64,000 nucleotides of DNA. Source: Candidatus Eiseniibacteriota bacterium (GTDB taxonomy: Bacteria; Eisenbacteria; RBG-16-71-46). The position numbers were made by a program, and so were the translations under genes. How positions within the stretch are numbered: position 1 is the first letter of the stretch; the number at the start of each line of letters is the position of its first letter. Below are positions 54,961 through 64,000 of this stretch, piece after piece. Location: NCBI GenBank assembly GCA_963717505.1, contig OY970342.1, positions 384,001-448,000 of the forward strand, in the 5' to 3' direction. The notes under the pieces were generated by a model. It saw only the letters and a list, made by a program, of their open reading frames with translations. It was not told the DNA's origin and did no database searches.

Positions 54961-55161
54961 CTACTCGACCGTTTCGTCGAAATAGAACGGCACCTCGGCG
55001 CGGATCACGCGCTCGAGCGCGGTCGCCGTCACCTTGCCCTTGACGATTTCGGCGCCGCGACGCGACCAGTCGTTGAGTCGGCGCGCTTCGCGCGACGCAA
55101 TGATCGCGAGCTCGTACTTGTTGGTGCCCGGAGGCGGGATCAACGATGCCAGCTTGGTCAT
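54961..55161 (-). CDS. rpoZ: RNA polymerase omega subunit
   Basis: NKYELAIIASREARRL; gmk-rpoZ-coaBC synteny. Confidence 0.88.
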   Translation of the reverse strand: MTKLASLIPPPGTNKYELAIIASREARRLNDWSRRGAEIVKGKVTATALERVIRAEVPFYFDETVE

Positions 55162-55181
55162 GCTTGGACTCCTCTTTCGGA

Positions 55182-55820
55182 TCAGGTTCTCGGCAGGTCG
55201 GGACCCGCGCGCAGCCGACGCACGCGCGCGCGTTCCGCGTCGACGATCGCCACCAACCGCTCGATGGCCCGGTCACGATCGTCATTCATCACGACATAGT
55301 CATAGTCTTCATATTGCTTCAGCTCGGCGGGTGCGGCGGACAGACGCCGCTCGATCGAGGCCTGGCTCTCGGTGTTGCGCGCGGCCAGTCGCTCGCGCAG
55401 TGCGCCGATCGACGGCGGCAGAATGAATACCGACACCGAGTCGGGACGCGCCCGCCGCACGCTGGCTCCGCCCTGGACGTCGACGTCGAGCACGACCACG
55501 CGGCCGGCGCGCACGTTCTCATCGACGAATCGGGCCGGGGTGCCGTAGCGCTCGCCGTGGACTTCGGCCCACTCGAGAAACCACTGCGCCGCGATCCGGC
55601 GGTCGAATTCTTCACGCGAGACGAACTCGTAGTCGACGCCTTCGCCCTCGACGGGACGCCGCATTCGGGTGGTGGCCGACACGGCGAACATGCACGCGGG
55701 CCGGGCGCTGGTCAGGCCGCGCACCAGGGTGCCCTTGCCGACCCCGGAGGGCCCGGACACCACGAGCAGGAACCCGCCCGGTTCGAACTGGAACGCGCTA
55801 CCCGCCGTCGTCGTGGTCAT
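55182..55820 (-). CDS. gmk: Guanylate kinase
   Basis: SGPSGVGKGT, SATTR, YGT, DVDVQG; alternative start at 55844. Confidence 0.96.
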   Translation of the reverse strand: MTTTTAGSAFQFEPGGFLLVVSGPSGVGKGTLVRGLTSARPACMFAVSATTRMRRPVEGEGVDYEFVSREEFDRRIAAQWFLEWAEVHGERYGTPARFVDENVRAGRVVVLDVDVQGGASVRRARPDSVSVFILPPSIGALRERLAARNTESQASIERRLSAAPAELKQYEDYDYVVMNDDRDRAIERLVAIVDAERARVRRLRAGPDLPRT

Positions 55821-55840
55821 GCCCTCGCTCGCCTCGCGCA

Positions 55841-56719
55841 TCATTCCACGTTCTGCACCTGCTCGCGCAGGCGCTCGATTTCCTCCTTGATCACGATCAC
55901 GGCCCGGGTGATCTCGACGTCGTTCGACTTGGAGCCGATGGTGTTCGCCTCGCGGTTCATCTCCTGGAGCAGGAAGTTGAGCTTGCGCCCGGCCAGCTCG
56001 GGGCCGTCGATCAGGCTCTGGAACTGGTCGAGGTGGGCGGCGAGGCGCACGCACTCTTCGGTGCAGTCCAGCCGGTCGACCATCAGCGCGACTTCCTGGG
56101 CCAGGCGGTTGGGATCCAACTCGACGTCGGCCAACAACGCGTTCAGCCGATTCATCAGCCGATCCTTGGCCTCCGCCGGCCGAGAGGGCGCGCGCGTGCT
56201 GACGCAGCGCAGCTGCTCGCCGACGATGCCGAGCCGATGCTGGAGGTCGCGGCCCAGCGCCAGCCCCTCGCGCTCCTTCATCGCCGCCATGTTGTCGCAC
56301 GCGTCGCCGACCACGTGTTTGACCATGTCCCAGGTCTGCTCGTCCGACAGCTCGGTGTGCTCCCACGAGAACACGTCGGGAAGCTGGGCGAGGGTCCGCA
56401 GGTCGAGGCCCGACTCGAGGTTGTAGCGGGAGCGAAGCTGGTCGAGCAGCGAGACGTAACGATCGACGACCGATTCGTTGACCCTAAGGACCTCGCCCTC
56501 GTCGCCGGCGCCGGCCCAGGTGATGGTCAGGTTGAGCTTGCCGCGCGAAAAGCGGTCCTGGATCAACATGCGGATCTTTTCTTCGAACAGGCTGACCAGC
56601 TTGGGGGCGCGAATCGAGATGTCGGCGAAACGATGATTGACTGACCGGATTTCGGCGGAAAGACGCTGGCCGTCGCGCTCGAGCTCGGCGTGCCCGTAGC
56701 CGGTCATCGAGCGGATCAT
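55841..56719 (-). CDS. yicC: YicC/YloC family endoribonuclease
   Basis: MIRSMTGYG, SVNHR, GRKLNFLLQEMNREANTIGSK, REQVQNVE. Confidence 0.96.
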   Translation of the reverse strand: MIRSMTGYGHAELERDGQRLSAEIRSVNHRFADISIRAPKLVSLFEEKIRMLIQDRFSRGKLNLTITWAGAGDEGEVLRVNESVVDRYVSLLDQLRSRYNLESGLDLRTLAQLPDVFSWEHTELSDEQTWDMVKHVVGDACDNMAAMKEREGLALGRDLQHRLGIVGEQLRCVSTRAPSRPAEAKDRLMNRLNALLADVELDPNRLAQEVALMVDRLDCTEECVRLAAHLDQFQSLIDGPELAGRKLNFLLQEMNREANTIGSKSNDVEITRAVIVIKEEIERLREQVQNVE

Positions 56720-56840
56720 CGTTGCCACCCGTGGCGAACGGTCATGAAAAGGTCTCGGGCCTGCAAAGGTCGGAGGTCTGCGAGGGTGCGCCCCCCCGCC
56801 CGGACGCGGATGAGCCGGCAACGGCGTCCCGGAACCAGCC

Positions 56841-56869
56841 AAGGTAGCCACGGCCGGCGGGCAAGTCAA
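56841..56869 (-). promoter_or_regulatory. sigma70 promoter for the yicC-gmk-rpoZ-coaBC... operon
   Basis: TTGACT-N17-TACCTT. Confidence 0.6.
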
Positions 56870-56889
56870 AGTGCGACCGTGCTGGAACT

Positions 56890-57270
56890 TCAGTCGTCGC
56901 CGGTTGCCTCGGGTTTGCGAAACAGATCGTCGAGCTTCTTGCGCGCATCCCCCGCCCGATCGGCGGCGGGTTTCCCACCGAACAGTCCCTCGAGCTTGGC
57001 GCGGGCGTCGGCGGCGCGCGGGTCGGTGGGCGCCCCACGCCGGACCTTCGCGCGCGTGAACGAGAAGAACTCGCAGAAATTGCGGCGTTCCTTCTCGGGC
57101 ACCGGATCGGCTTCGGTTTCACGGCAGGCGTTGTTGTACGACGGATCGTAGTGGCGGCAGTTGCGGCAACAGCGCAGGTCGCGGCCGCACTCGGAGCACT
57201 CGGCGTCGCGAGGGATCGGCTCGTCGAACGGAGACGCCGTGCCGCACTTCTGACATTCCAACGCCGGCAT
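56890..57270 (-). CDS. Cys-rich (zinc-ribbon-like) hypothetical protein
   Basis: CQKC..CSEC..CCRNC..C..CEFF and a duplicated AR.KL..LF C-terminal helix. Confidence 0.75.
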   Translation of the reverse strand: MPALECQKCGTASPFDEPIPRDAECSECGRDLRCCRNCRHYDPSYNNACRETEADPVPEKERRNFCEFFSFTRAKVRRGAPTDPRAADARAKLEGLFGGKPAADRAGDARKKLDDLFRKPEATGDD

Positions 57271-57355
57271 GAGTAGAGCCTGCGCGGAGCCTCGGACCCT
57301 AGTCAAGAAGAAACCGGGTTTGCTGGACTCTTCGGGTTTGCCTACGGTGACGCGC

Positions 57356-58402
57356 ATGATCCCGGAAACGCAGGCCAGCCCCGAAGTCGTCCGTGCGTCG
57401 GCGATCCTGCGTGCGCTCAAGCAGCATCGGAAACGGCACGCGCGCAAGCTCGAGGCGATGCGCGGCGACCTCGCCGAGGCGGAGCGCGCTCCGGAATTCC
57501 GGCGTTACGGCGAGGCGCTGCTCGCCTACCTCGGCCAGGTGCCGGCGCGCGCCGCGAACGTCACGCTCCCCGATCCGGCGGATCCGCATGGCGCGCTCGA
57601 GATCGCCCTCGACCCGCAGGTCAAGCCGCAGGTCAACGCCGCGCGTTACTTCAAGCGCGCCGCCAAGGCCGAGCGCGCGTTGGCCGAGATTCCGCCGCGG
57701 ATCGCGGCCGCCGAGGCCGAGCTGCATGCGCTGGCGAACCTGGTCGAGCGTGCCACCGCCGCACTCGAGCTGCCTTCGCCGCGCGAGCCGCGTCACCCGA
57801 GACGGCGCGGCCCGCGTGGGGAGTCGGATGAGCCCGGTGAGGCCGTCACGCCGATCATCCCCGAGGCTGAGCCGGCGGTCGCACTCGACACCGCGATTCT
57901 GGATGAGCTGGAACGGGCCTTCGCAGCGCTGCCCCCGGTGCTGAGACGCGAGGCCGGGGTTGCGCCCAAGCGAGTGTCGACTGGAAAGCGCGAGCCCGAG
58001 ATCCCTGCCCGGCTTCAACCCCGCCGGTTGCGCACGCGCGAAGGCTGGGACGTGCTGATCGGCCGCTCCAACGAGGGCAACGATCATCTGACGCTACATT
58101 TGGCTAGGCCTGAAGACTACTGGTTTCACGTCCATGGCGCGGCCGGCTCGCACGTGGTCCTGCGCCGCGGCAAGGGCAAGAATGAGCCGTCCAAGCAGAC
58201 GCTGCTCGAAGTCGCGTCGTGGGCGGCGTTCTACTCGCAGGCGCGCACGGCCGGCACCGTGCCGGTGATCGTCACGCGCAAGAAGTACGTGCGCAAACCG
58301 CGCAAGGCGCCGGCCGGGACGGTGACCTGCGAGCGCGAGAAGACGCTGATGGTGCGTCCGAAGGAGCCCGGACGCGAGTCGCTGGCGGACAGCGGGTCCT
58401 AG
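57356..58402 (+). CDS. RqcH/FbpA-like protein (coiled coil + NFACT-R), lacking NFACT-N
   Basis: GEALLA, IALDP..NAARYFK, IGRSNEGND.LT, WFHV..AGSHVV, AAFYS, KYVRKP..PAG.V. Confidence 0.85.
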   Translation: MIPETQASPEVVRASAILRALKQHRKRHARKLEAMRGDLAEAERAPEFRRYGEALLAYLGQVPARAANVTLPDPADPHGALEIALDPQVKPQVNAARYFKRAAKAERALAEIPPRIAAAEAELHALANLVERATAALELPSPREPRHPRRRGPRGESDEPGEAVTPIIPEAEPAVALDTAILDELERAFAALPPVLRREAGVAPKRVSTGKREPEIPARLQPRRLRTREGWDVLIGRSNEGNDHLTLHLARPEDYWFHVHGAAGSHVVLRRGKGKNEPSKQTLLEVASWAAFYSQARTAGTVPVIVTRKKYVRKPRKAPAGTVTCEREKTLMVRPKEPGRESLADSGS

Positions 58403-58414
58403 GGAACCATCGCC

Positions 58415-60418
58415 CTACAGCCGCCCGCGTTTCCTCTCGTCACCCGCCCTAACGGTCCAGCCGACGCGGTCGCTGTGTTCCAGCAACGGCACCGCCCACT
58501 TGCGGCTCACGCCCGCGAGATCCTTGAATCCGGAAACATCGATGGTCGGTGACTTCACGAAGTGCGCGGCCAGACGCGCCCGCAAGTCCTCCATCTGGCG
58601 CGCGGTGTAGCAGTACTCCTGGCTTACGCGCACCAGCCGTCCGAGGAACTGACCGAGACCGCCGACCTCGGCGGCGAACGCCGCACCGGCCGGACCGCCG
58701 CCTCGTGCGTGCGACACCGCGGCCAGCCAAGTGGCGGCTTCCGGAACGGCGAAGCCGGCAGCCTCGAGATCGGTCTCGACCTTGGACAGCGCCTGAGCCA
58801 CTTCGGCCGGAGGCTCCCACGGCGAACCCGCCGGGCGGACGCGATCGGCACGCATCTCCAGCGCGCCGCCGCCGAGCAACGCGTCGAACGCGGCGTCGAA
58901 CAACGCCGAATCGATGGCACTCTTGAGGCCGCTCTTGAGTTCGCCCTTGGCGATGCCGTAGCGCGCCGGATGGCGGGTCGCGTATTCCGAGATCACGTGC
59001 GCGATGGCGGCGCGCACTGAATTCCAGCGCTCCGCGGTCACCCAGCGGCCGGGCACCGGCTGCGCGACTTCCCCGCTCGCACTCATCCCCTCGAGCGCCC
59101 GAGCCGCCGAGGCCTCGGGCTCGGAAACCAACTGGGCCAGATGCGCGGTCGCGAGCATGCGCGGATTGGCCCCGAGCGTTTGCAGCAATCGGGCCTCGAT
59201 CGAGCCCGACTCGTGCACCACGAGCTGGGCGACGCTTTCGCCACGCCGGCGACGCTTTCCGGCCATCGGGTCGATCACCACGCCGCCACCGATCGTTCGC
59301 TGCGGCGAGTACGAGCGAATCACGAAGCGATCGCCGCGCGCGGCGACCACCGGACGTTCGAGCCGGAGCTGCGCCAACGCGCTGGTCCCGGGCCGAACGT
59401 GCAGGCGAGACGGAGCGTCCTTCCCCCCGGCTGGCTCCGGATCGCGCGCGGCCGGCGTCTCGCCTTCCAGCAGGACCAGGCGACCGAGAATCTCGCTCGC
59501 GCCCAGGTGCATGCGGACGCGCCGATTCGACGGCCACGCCTTGGGCACGTCATCCAGGAGCTCGAAGCGCACGTCCACCGCTTGCGACGGTTTGAGCGAG
59601 TCGGGCGCCACCAGCCAGTCGCCACGCTCGACCCGGTCGCGCTCGACGCCGTGGATGGCGAGCGCGGTACGCTGCCCGGCGCGAGCCTCCTCGACCGTCT
59701 TGCCGTGAACTTGAACGCGCCGTACGCGAACCTCGACGCCGCGCGGCAGCAATTCCAGAGTGTCGCCGGTGCGCACGCGCCCGCGCCACAGCGTGCCGGT
59801 GACCACGGTGCCGAAACCCTCGACGCTGAACACGCGATCCACCGGCAGGCGCGCGGGCTCGTCACCGGCTCGGCCCGGCAGATCCGCGAGCTGTCGATCC
59901 AGCTCGGCGAGCAAGAGGTCGACCCCGGCTCCGGTGACCGCCGAGCACGGCACGATCGGCGATTCGGCGAGCGGTGTGTCCGCCAGCAGCGCGCGCACGT
60001 CGCGGGTCACCATCGCGATCCACTCGGGCTCGACCAGGTCACTCTTGGTGAGCGCCACGATCCCGCGGCCAACGCCGAGCATCTTGACGATCGACAGATG
60101 CTCTCGGGTCTGCGGCATCACGCCTTCGTCGGCGGCGACCACCAGCAGCACCAGGTCGATCCCACCGACGCCGGCCAGCATGTTCTTGACGAAACGCTCG
60201 TGGCCGGGAACGTCGACGATGCCGACCTGGACGCCACCCGGAGTCACCAGCGGGGCGAAGCCCAGGTCGATCGAGATCCCGCGCCGCTTCTCTTCGGGGA
60301 GCCGATCGGTGTCGACGCCGGTCAGGCGCCGGACCAGGGCGGTCTTGCCATGGTCGATGTGGCCGGCGGTGCCGACGATCGCGAGTCGGGTCGCGTGGGG
60401 TTCCGTGCTTGGGGTCAT
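58415..60418 (-). CDS. selB: Selenocysteine-specific elongation factor
   Basis: [37 protein letters not shown]-terminal winged helix [10 protein letters not shown]. Confidence 0.96.
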   Translation of the reverse strand: MTPSTEPHATRLAIVGTAGHIDHGKTALVRRLTGVDTDRLPEEKRRGISIDLGFAPLVTPGGVQVGIVDVPGHERFVKNMLAGVGGIDLVLLVVAADEGVMPQTREHLSIVKMLGVGRGIVALTKSDLVEPEWIAMVTRDVRALLADTPLAESPIVPCSAVTGAGVDLLLAELDRQLADLPGRAGDEPARLPVDRVFSVEGFGTVVTGTLWRGRVRTGDTLELLPRGVEVRVRRVQVHGKTVEEARAGQRTALAIHGVERDRVERGDWLVAPDSLKPSQAVDVRFELLDDVPKAWPSNRRVRMHLGASEILGRLVLLEGETPAARDPEPAGGKDAPSRLHVRPGTSALAQLRLERPVVAARGDRFVIRSYSPQRTIGGGVVIDPMAGKRRRRGESVAQLVVHESGSIEARLLQTLGANPRMLATAHLAQLVSEPEASAARALEGMSASGEVAQPVPGRWVTAERWNSVRAAIAHVISEYATRHPARYGIAKGELKSGLKSAIDSALFDAAFDALLGGGALEMRADRVRPAGSPWEPPAEVAQALSKVETDLEAAGFAVPEAATWLAAVSHARGGGPAGAAFAAEVGGLGQFLGRLVRVSQEYCYTARQMEDLRARLAAHFVKSPTIDVSGFKDLAGVSRKWAVPLLEHSDRVGWTVRAGDERKRGRL

Positions 60419-60426
60419 CGGCGCGG

Positions 60427-60455
60427 ATTCTAGCGCCAGAGAACGGAAGTGTTCA
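60427..60455 (-). promoter_or_regulatory. sigma70 promoter, probably leaderless selB
   Basis: TGAACA-N17-TAGAAT, 8 nt before ATG, no SD. Confidence 0.55.
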
Positions 60456-61061
60456 GAGCCGGCCGCGCTCGAACTCCATCAGATCCGCGGCGCGCTCGGC
60501 GCCCACCCAAAAGTGCAGCCCGGCATAGTGCAGCCCGACCTCGTGGAGACATCGCATCCACCAGGTGAGCGAACGGGGGAACATCGACACCGTGTCGCCG
60601 ACCAGGTCGTCGCGATCGGTGAAGATCTCGAGGAAGGCGGCGCCGCCCAGCAGGCCGGCGATCGTCCGAAGCCCCGGGCCAAGCTCGGCGCCGTCGATAT
60701 AGTAGAGGGCGCCGGAGCAGACGATCAGGTCGAACGGGCCGTTCAGGCCGACGCGGTCCAGTTCACCGAATCGGCCGAGACGCAGGTTGCGACGGGCGCC
60801 GAATCGCCCGACCGCGTACGCGCTCGCGTCGACCCCGACATAACGGGCCCGCGGCCGGATGCGCGCGACCAGCGGCTGCCAATCGCCTTCGCCGCAACAC
60901 AGGTCGAGCACGCTGCGCACCGGGCGCTCGATCAGGAACTCGGCCCCGGCGATCACGAACGCCACCCGGCGTTCGACCTCGGCCGGCGCGTAGACGCGCG
61001 ACTTCGGTGAACGATACCAGCGATCGAAGTAGCTACGGTCGTAGAGGGGATCGCGCGCCAC
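60453..61061 (-). CDS. Class I SAM-dependent methyltransferase
   Basis: [22 protein letters not shown] motifs. Confidence 0.85.
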   Translation of the reverse strand: MARDPLYDRSYFDRWYRSPKSRVYAPAEVERRVAFVIAGAEFLIERPVRSVLDLCCGEGDWQPLVARIRPRARYVGVDASAYAVGRFGARRNLRLGRFGELDRVGLNGPFDLIVCSGALYYIDGAELGPGLRTIAGLLGGAAFLEIFTDRDDLVGDTVSMFPRSLTWWMRCLHEVGLHYAGLHFWVGAERAADLMEFERGRL

Positions 61062-61065
61062 CGGG

Positions 61066-62319
61066 CTACTCGCGCACGCGCTCGATCCGGGCACCCAGCT
61101 TCGCGAGCTTGCGATCGAGTGCCTCGTAGCCGCGATCGAGATGGTAGATGCGCGAAATCCGGGTCTCGCCCTCGGCGGCGAGCGCCGCGATCACCAACGC
61201 CGCGCTCGCGCGGATGTCGGTCGCCATCACCGGCGCCCCCGAGAGCTTGGGCACGCCGCGGATGGTGGCGACGTTGCCGTCGAGCCGAATGTCGGCGCCC
61301 AGGCGCCCCAGTTCGGGCACGTGGGTGAATCGGTCGAGGTAGACGGTGTCGGTGATCGTGCTGGTCCCGTCGGCGATCGAGCACAACGCCATCATCTGCG
61401 CCTGCATGTCGGTCGGGAATCCCGGGAAGGGATCGGTCTCGAGCTGGATGGCCGCCGGGCGCCGCGGCCCGCGCAACGTGACCTCGCGCGGGCCCTCGTG
61501 AATCTCGCAGCCGGTCTCCTCGAGCGTGCGCAGAGCGGCGCGCATGTGGTCGGGCTCGCAGCGCCCGAGCGTCAGGCTGCCGCCGGTGATCGCCCCGGCC
61601 GCCAGATAGGTGGCGGCTTCGATCCGGTCCGGGATGATCTCGGTGTCGATCGGGCGCAGCGCGGTCACACCGTGAATCGTGAGCGTGCGCGTGCCCAGGC
61701 CGTCGATGCGTGCGCCGCAGGCATTCAGGACCTCGCCGAGCACCGTGATGTCCGGTTCGAGTGCGACGTTGCCGAGCGTGGTCGTGCCCGAAGCCAGCGA
61801 CGCCGCCATCATGAGCTGGGCGGTCGCGCCGACCGAGACGATCGGGAACGTGTAGTTCGCGCCGCGCAGTTTCACGCCCTTGCCGACGATGTAGCCGTGG
61901 TCGATGTCGAGCGTGGCATTCAGCGCCTCGAGCCCTTCGAGGTGCAGGTTCACCGGGCGGGGTCCCCAGGCGCAGCCCCCGGGCAGCGACACCCGGGCCG
62001 CACCATGACGCGCGAGCAGGGGCCCGAGCACGTAGATGCTGGCGCGCATGGTGCGCACCAGATCATAAGGGGCTTCGATCGCCGAAGCCTTCGTGGTGTC
62101 GACGATGCAGGTGCCGTCGCGGAACTCGACGACGGCGCCCAGGACCTCGAGGACGCGCGCCATGGTCCTGGTGTCGAGCAGCTGCGGAACATTGCGCAGC
62201 GTGTGTACCCCGGGCGCCAGCAGCGTCGCCGCCATCACCGGCAGCGCCGCGTTCTTGCTGCCGCTGACTTCGATCCGTCCGGCCAGTGGCTGGCCGCCGC
62301 GGATCACGAGCGCGTCCAT
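61066..62319 (-). CDS. murA: UDP-N-acetylglucosamine 1-carboxyvinyltransferase
   Basis: GSKNAALP, MRAS, LPGGC (catalytic Cys), PDRIEA, PGFPTDMQ, HLDRGY. Confidence 0.97.
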   Translation of the reverse strand: MDALVIRGGQPLAGRIEVSGSKNAALPVMAATLLAPGVHTLRNVPQLLDTRTMARVLEVLGAVVEFRDGTCIVDTTKASAIEAPYDLVRTMRASIYVLGPLLARHGAARVSLPGGCAWGPRPVNLHLEGLEALNATLDIDHGYIVGKGVKLRGANYTFPIVSVGATAQLMMAASLASGTTTLGNVALEPDITVLGEVLNACGARIDGLGTRTLTIHGVTALRPIDTEIIPDRIEAATYLAAGAITGGSLTLGRCEPDHMRAALRTLEETGCEIHEGPREVTLRGPRRPAAIQLETDPFPGFPTDMQAQMMALCSIADGTSTITDTVYLDRFTHVPELGRLGADIRLDGNVATIRGVPKLSGAPVMATDIRASAALVIAALAAEGETRISRIYHLDRGYEALDRKLAKLGARIERVRE

Positions 62320-62475
62320 GTGGGGTCCCTGAGCGTCGGTATCGGTGAGTGCGGATTGGTCCCTGGCGTCTTCCCTGAGCTTCTTCACGCGGATCCTTCC
62401 GGGCGAGATGTCGGATGGGGCTGCGCGCCTGGCGCACAGCGGATCGCGGCCCGCGGGGCCGGCATCAATGTTCGG

Positions 62476-62504
62476 ATTATCGGCGGGCCCTCGGCCCGAA
62501 TCAA
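62476..62504 (-). promoter_or_regulatory. sigma70 promoter for murA
   Basis: TTGATT-N17-GATAAT. Confidence 0.55.
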
Positions 62505-62639
62505 CCGTTCGACCGGTTTTTTTGCGATCCGGGCGAACCGCGAGTTCCGCGGATTTGGCATCGTCCTGAAGTTCAGTACTCTGCCTCGGCGTAAGATCAT
62601 TGACCCGCTGCCACTCGAGACCATCCGGAGAGTCGTTCC

Positions 62640-63632
62640 GTGCGGAGACTGCTGCACCTCATCGTTGCCCTGTGGGCACTACTCTCGTCGGCGGCCACCG
62701 CCGCGGCGGCCGCCCCCGACACCACCGCCCCCAAGACTCCAACGCCTTCCCAGCCCTCCGAAGCCGTGAAGGAGCGGACCATACAGACGATCCTTCGCGA
62801 GCGGGGACGCACCGAGGAGTTCATCCGGTACAACTCCATGTCGCACCTGGCGGCGGTCCAGCGCGTGGAGTTCGGCGACAAGAAGAGCCTGCTGATCGGA
62901 CGCAATCCCGAGTGCGACCTGCGCATCGACGACCCCATGATCCTGCCCAAGCACCTACGGATCACCCTGCTCGGTGATTCCTTCCACGTTCAGACCCTGA
63001 ACGACAGCGCGACCTTTCGCGTCGACCTGCGCGAACCCCGCGACACGACACTGGCGCCGTCGAGCCTGAGCCCCGGCCGGGTCGGCGAGCTGATCGGGCG
63101 CTACAACATCCGCCTCTCGCATCAGAACGCGCCCGCGCTGATCCTGTTCGACGCGCGTAGTCCCCGTTTCGGCACGTTCCGCGGGCTCAAGTACTACACG
63201 GTCAATCTCGCCTACCGTTACACGATTCCCCTGACCGAGGATGCCGACCCCGACACGGTGCAAATCGCCTCGACTCGCAGCCGTTCGCGGCGGGCGCTGC
63301 GCGTCGGATGGTTCGATTTCAAGGTCGAGGGCAAGCCGTGCCGGCTCGAAGCGCTGCGCATGCTCGAGCCGGGTGCGCCCACCGATGTCCTCGCCGTGTT
63401 CTTCAAGGACGCAACGAACGGCGGCGAAACCTACGCGCAGGGCCGCTACGTGGATGCCCGGCCCCTCGGACGGAGCGGCAACTGGCTGCTCGACTTCAAC
63501 GCCGCGTACAACCCGGCGTGCGCGTTCACCGAGTACTACAACTGCCCCCTGCCACCGGCCGCAAACACGCTCAAGGTGGCGATCCCCGCAGGCGAGAAGG
63601 ACTCCAAGTACCTGAGCGCCGAAGGCAAGTAA
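62640..63632 (+). CDS. Secreted DUF1684 domain protein with FHA-like N-terminal region
   Basis: Signal peptide; IGRNPECDLRIDD; F.D.T.G.ETY..GRY, LDFN.AYNP.CAF....NCP.PP..N, AGEK. Confidence 0.88.
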   Translation: MRRLLHLIVALWALLSSAATAAAAAPDTTAPKTPTPSQPSEAVKERTIQTILRERGRTEEFIRYNSMSHLAAVQRVEFGDKKSLLIGRNPECDLRIDDPMILPKHLRITLLGDSFHVQTLNDSATFRVDLREPRDTTLAPSSLSPGRVGELIGRYNIRLSHQNAPALILFDARSPRFGTFRGLKYYTVNLAYRYTIPLTEDADPDTVQIASTRSRSRRALRVGWFDFKVEGKPCRLEALRMLEPGAPTDVLAVFFKDATNGGETYAQGRYVDARPLGRSGNWLLDFNAAYNPACAFTEYYNCPLPPAANTLKVAIPAGEKDSKYLSAEGK

Positions 63633-63688
63633 TCGCCGGGGTCGTGCCGCGCTTTGCTCCTTGGGAGCGTCGTTCCCGGCAAACATCG

Positions 63689-64000
63689 TGTTGAGAGCAA
63701 GCCATCTGACCGTTTTTGAGCAGCGATCTGACCGCTGGTCCTAAGCAACGGCGGCCTGAACTGCAGCCGCCGGGTGAACGATGGGTTCAACGCTGAGGGC
63801 ACGTCCCTGGGCCGAGTAGCGACCGAAGAGCTTGGTGCCACAGGTGATGGTGTGGGTTCCGTCGAGATGACGTCGCAGCTCGACGGTGAGGCCCGCACAG
63901 GTCCTGTGGAGCGTGAGGCCATCCAGGGTGACCGTGTTGTCGCGCTGCACGGTCCTGGACTCGAGGTGACAGAAGATCGCATCGAGGTCCGCCCCGCCGA
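63689..64000 (-). mobile_element. ISNCY/IS1202-like insertion sequence, right end (partial)
   Basis: Terminus TGT at 63689 with tandem transposase-binding repeats GAGCAAGCCATCTGACCG and GAGCAGCGATCTGACCG. Confidence 0.75.
63741..64000 (-). CDS. Transposase C-terminus (ISNCY/IS1202-like), runs off window end
   Basis: ..DLDAIFCHLESRTVQRDNTVTLDG..RRHLDGT....G.K.FGRY, the typical C-terminal motif. Confidence 0.75.
   Translation of the reverse strand, partial: GGADLDAIFCHLESRTVQRDNTVTLDGLTLHRTCAGLTVELRRHLDGTHTITCGTKLFGRYSAQGRALSVEPIVHPAAAVQAAVA

Noticed and set aside
58415-61061. Selenoprotein or SECIS near selB
   Set aside because: No in-frame UGA read-through candidate and no selA, selC or selD seen in this window
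63640-63688. XerC/dif-like target next to the IS1202-like end
   Set aside because: Flank is GC-rich and shows no dif-like half-sites

Overview
High-GC bacterial chromosomal window, almost entirely encoded on the minus strand. Gene content and signatures suggest an FCB-related lineage, possibly Candidatus Eisenbacteria (inference, not verified). 0.3-36.6 kb is the contiguous core transcription/translation supercluster: tRNA-Thr/Tyr/Gly/Thr, tuf, rpmG, tRNA-Trp, secE, nusG, rplKAJL, rpoBC, str, S10, spc and alpha operons, then typA. 40.9-63.6 kb is housekeeping: cysS, M42 peptidase, ddl, gltX, ispDF, radA, mlaDFE, dnaB, UDG, coaBC, rpoZ, gmk, yicC, a truncated RqcH-like protein, selB, a methyltransferase, murA and DUF1684. 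The window ends in an ISNCY/IS1202-like element. The most striking region is 37.1-40.8 kb. A small secreted GDPDxP pre-peptide gene sits directly upstream of a TPR-sensor sigma54 enhancer-binding protein. Downstream is a textbook palindromic enhancer + IHF site + sigma54 promoter, which points into an ~375-nt structured, terminator-ended, apparently non-coding transcript. The 5' end of that transcript is complementary to the peptide mRNA leader. Together this is a candidate peptide-signalling (quorum-sensing-like) circuit with an sRNA output. Other oddities: an unknown 66-aa gene between rplK and rplA, a 125-bp MITE-like palindrome inside the S10 operon, a structured rpsG-fusA spacer, a sigma28 promoter, several probable leaderless mRNAs and r-protein extensions. 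Start codons were adjusted by eye from RBS and homology and may be off by a few codons.
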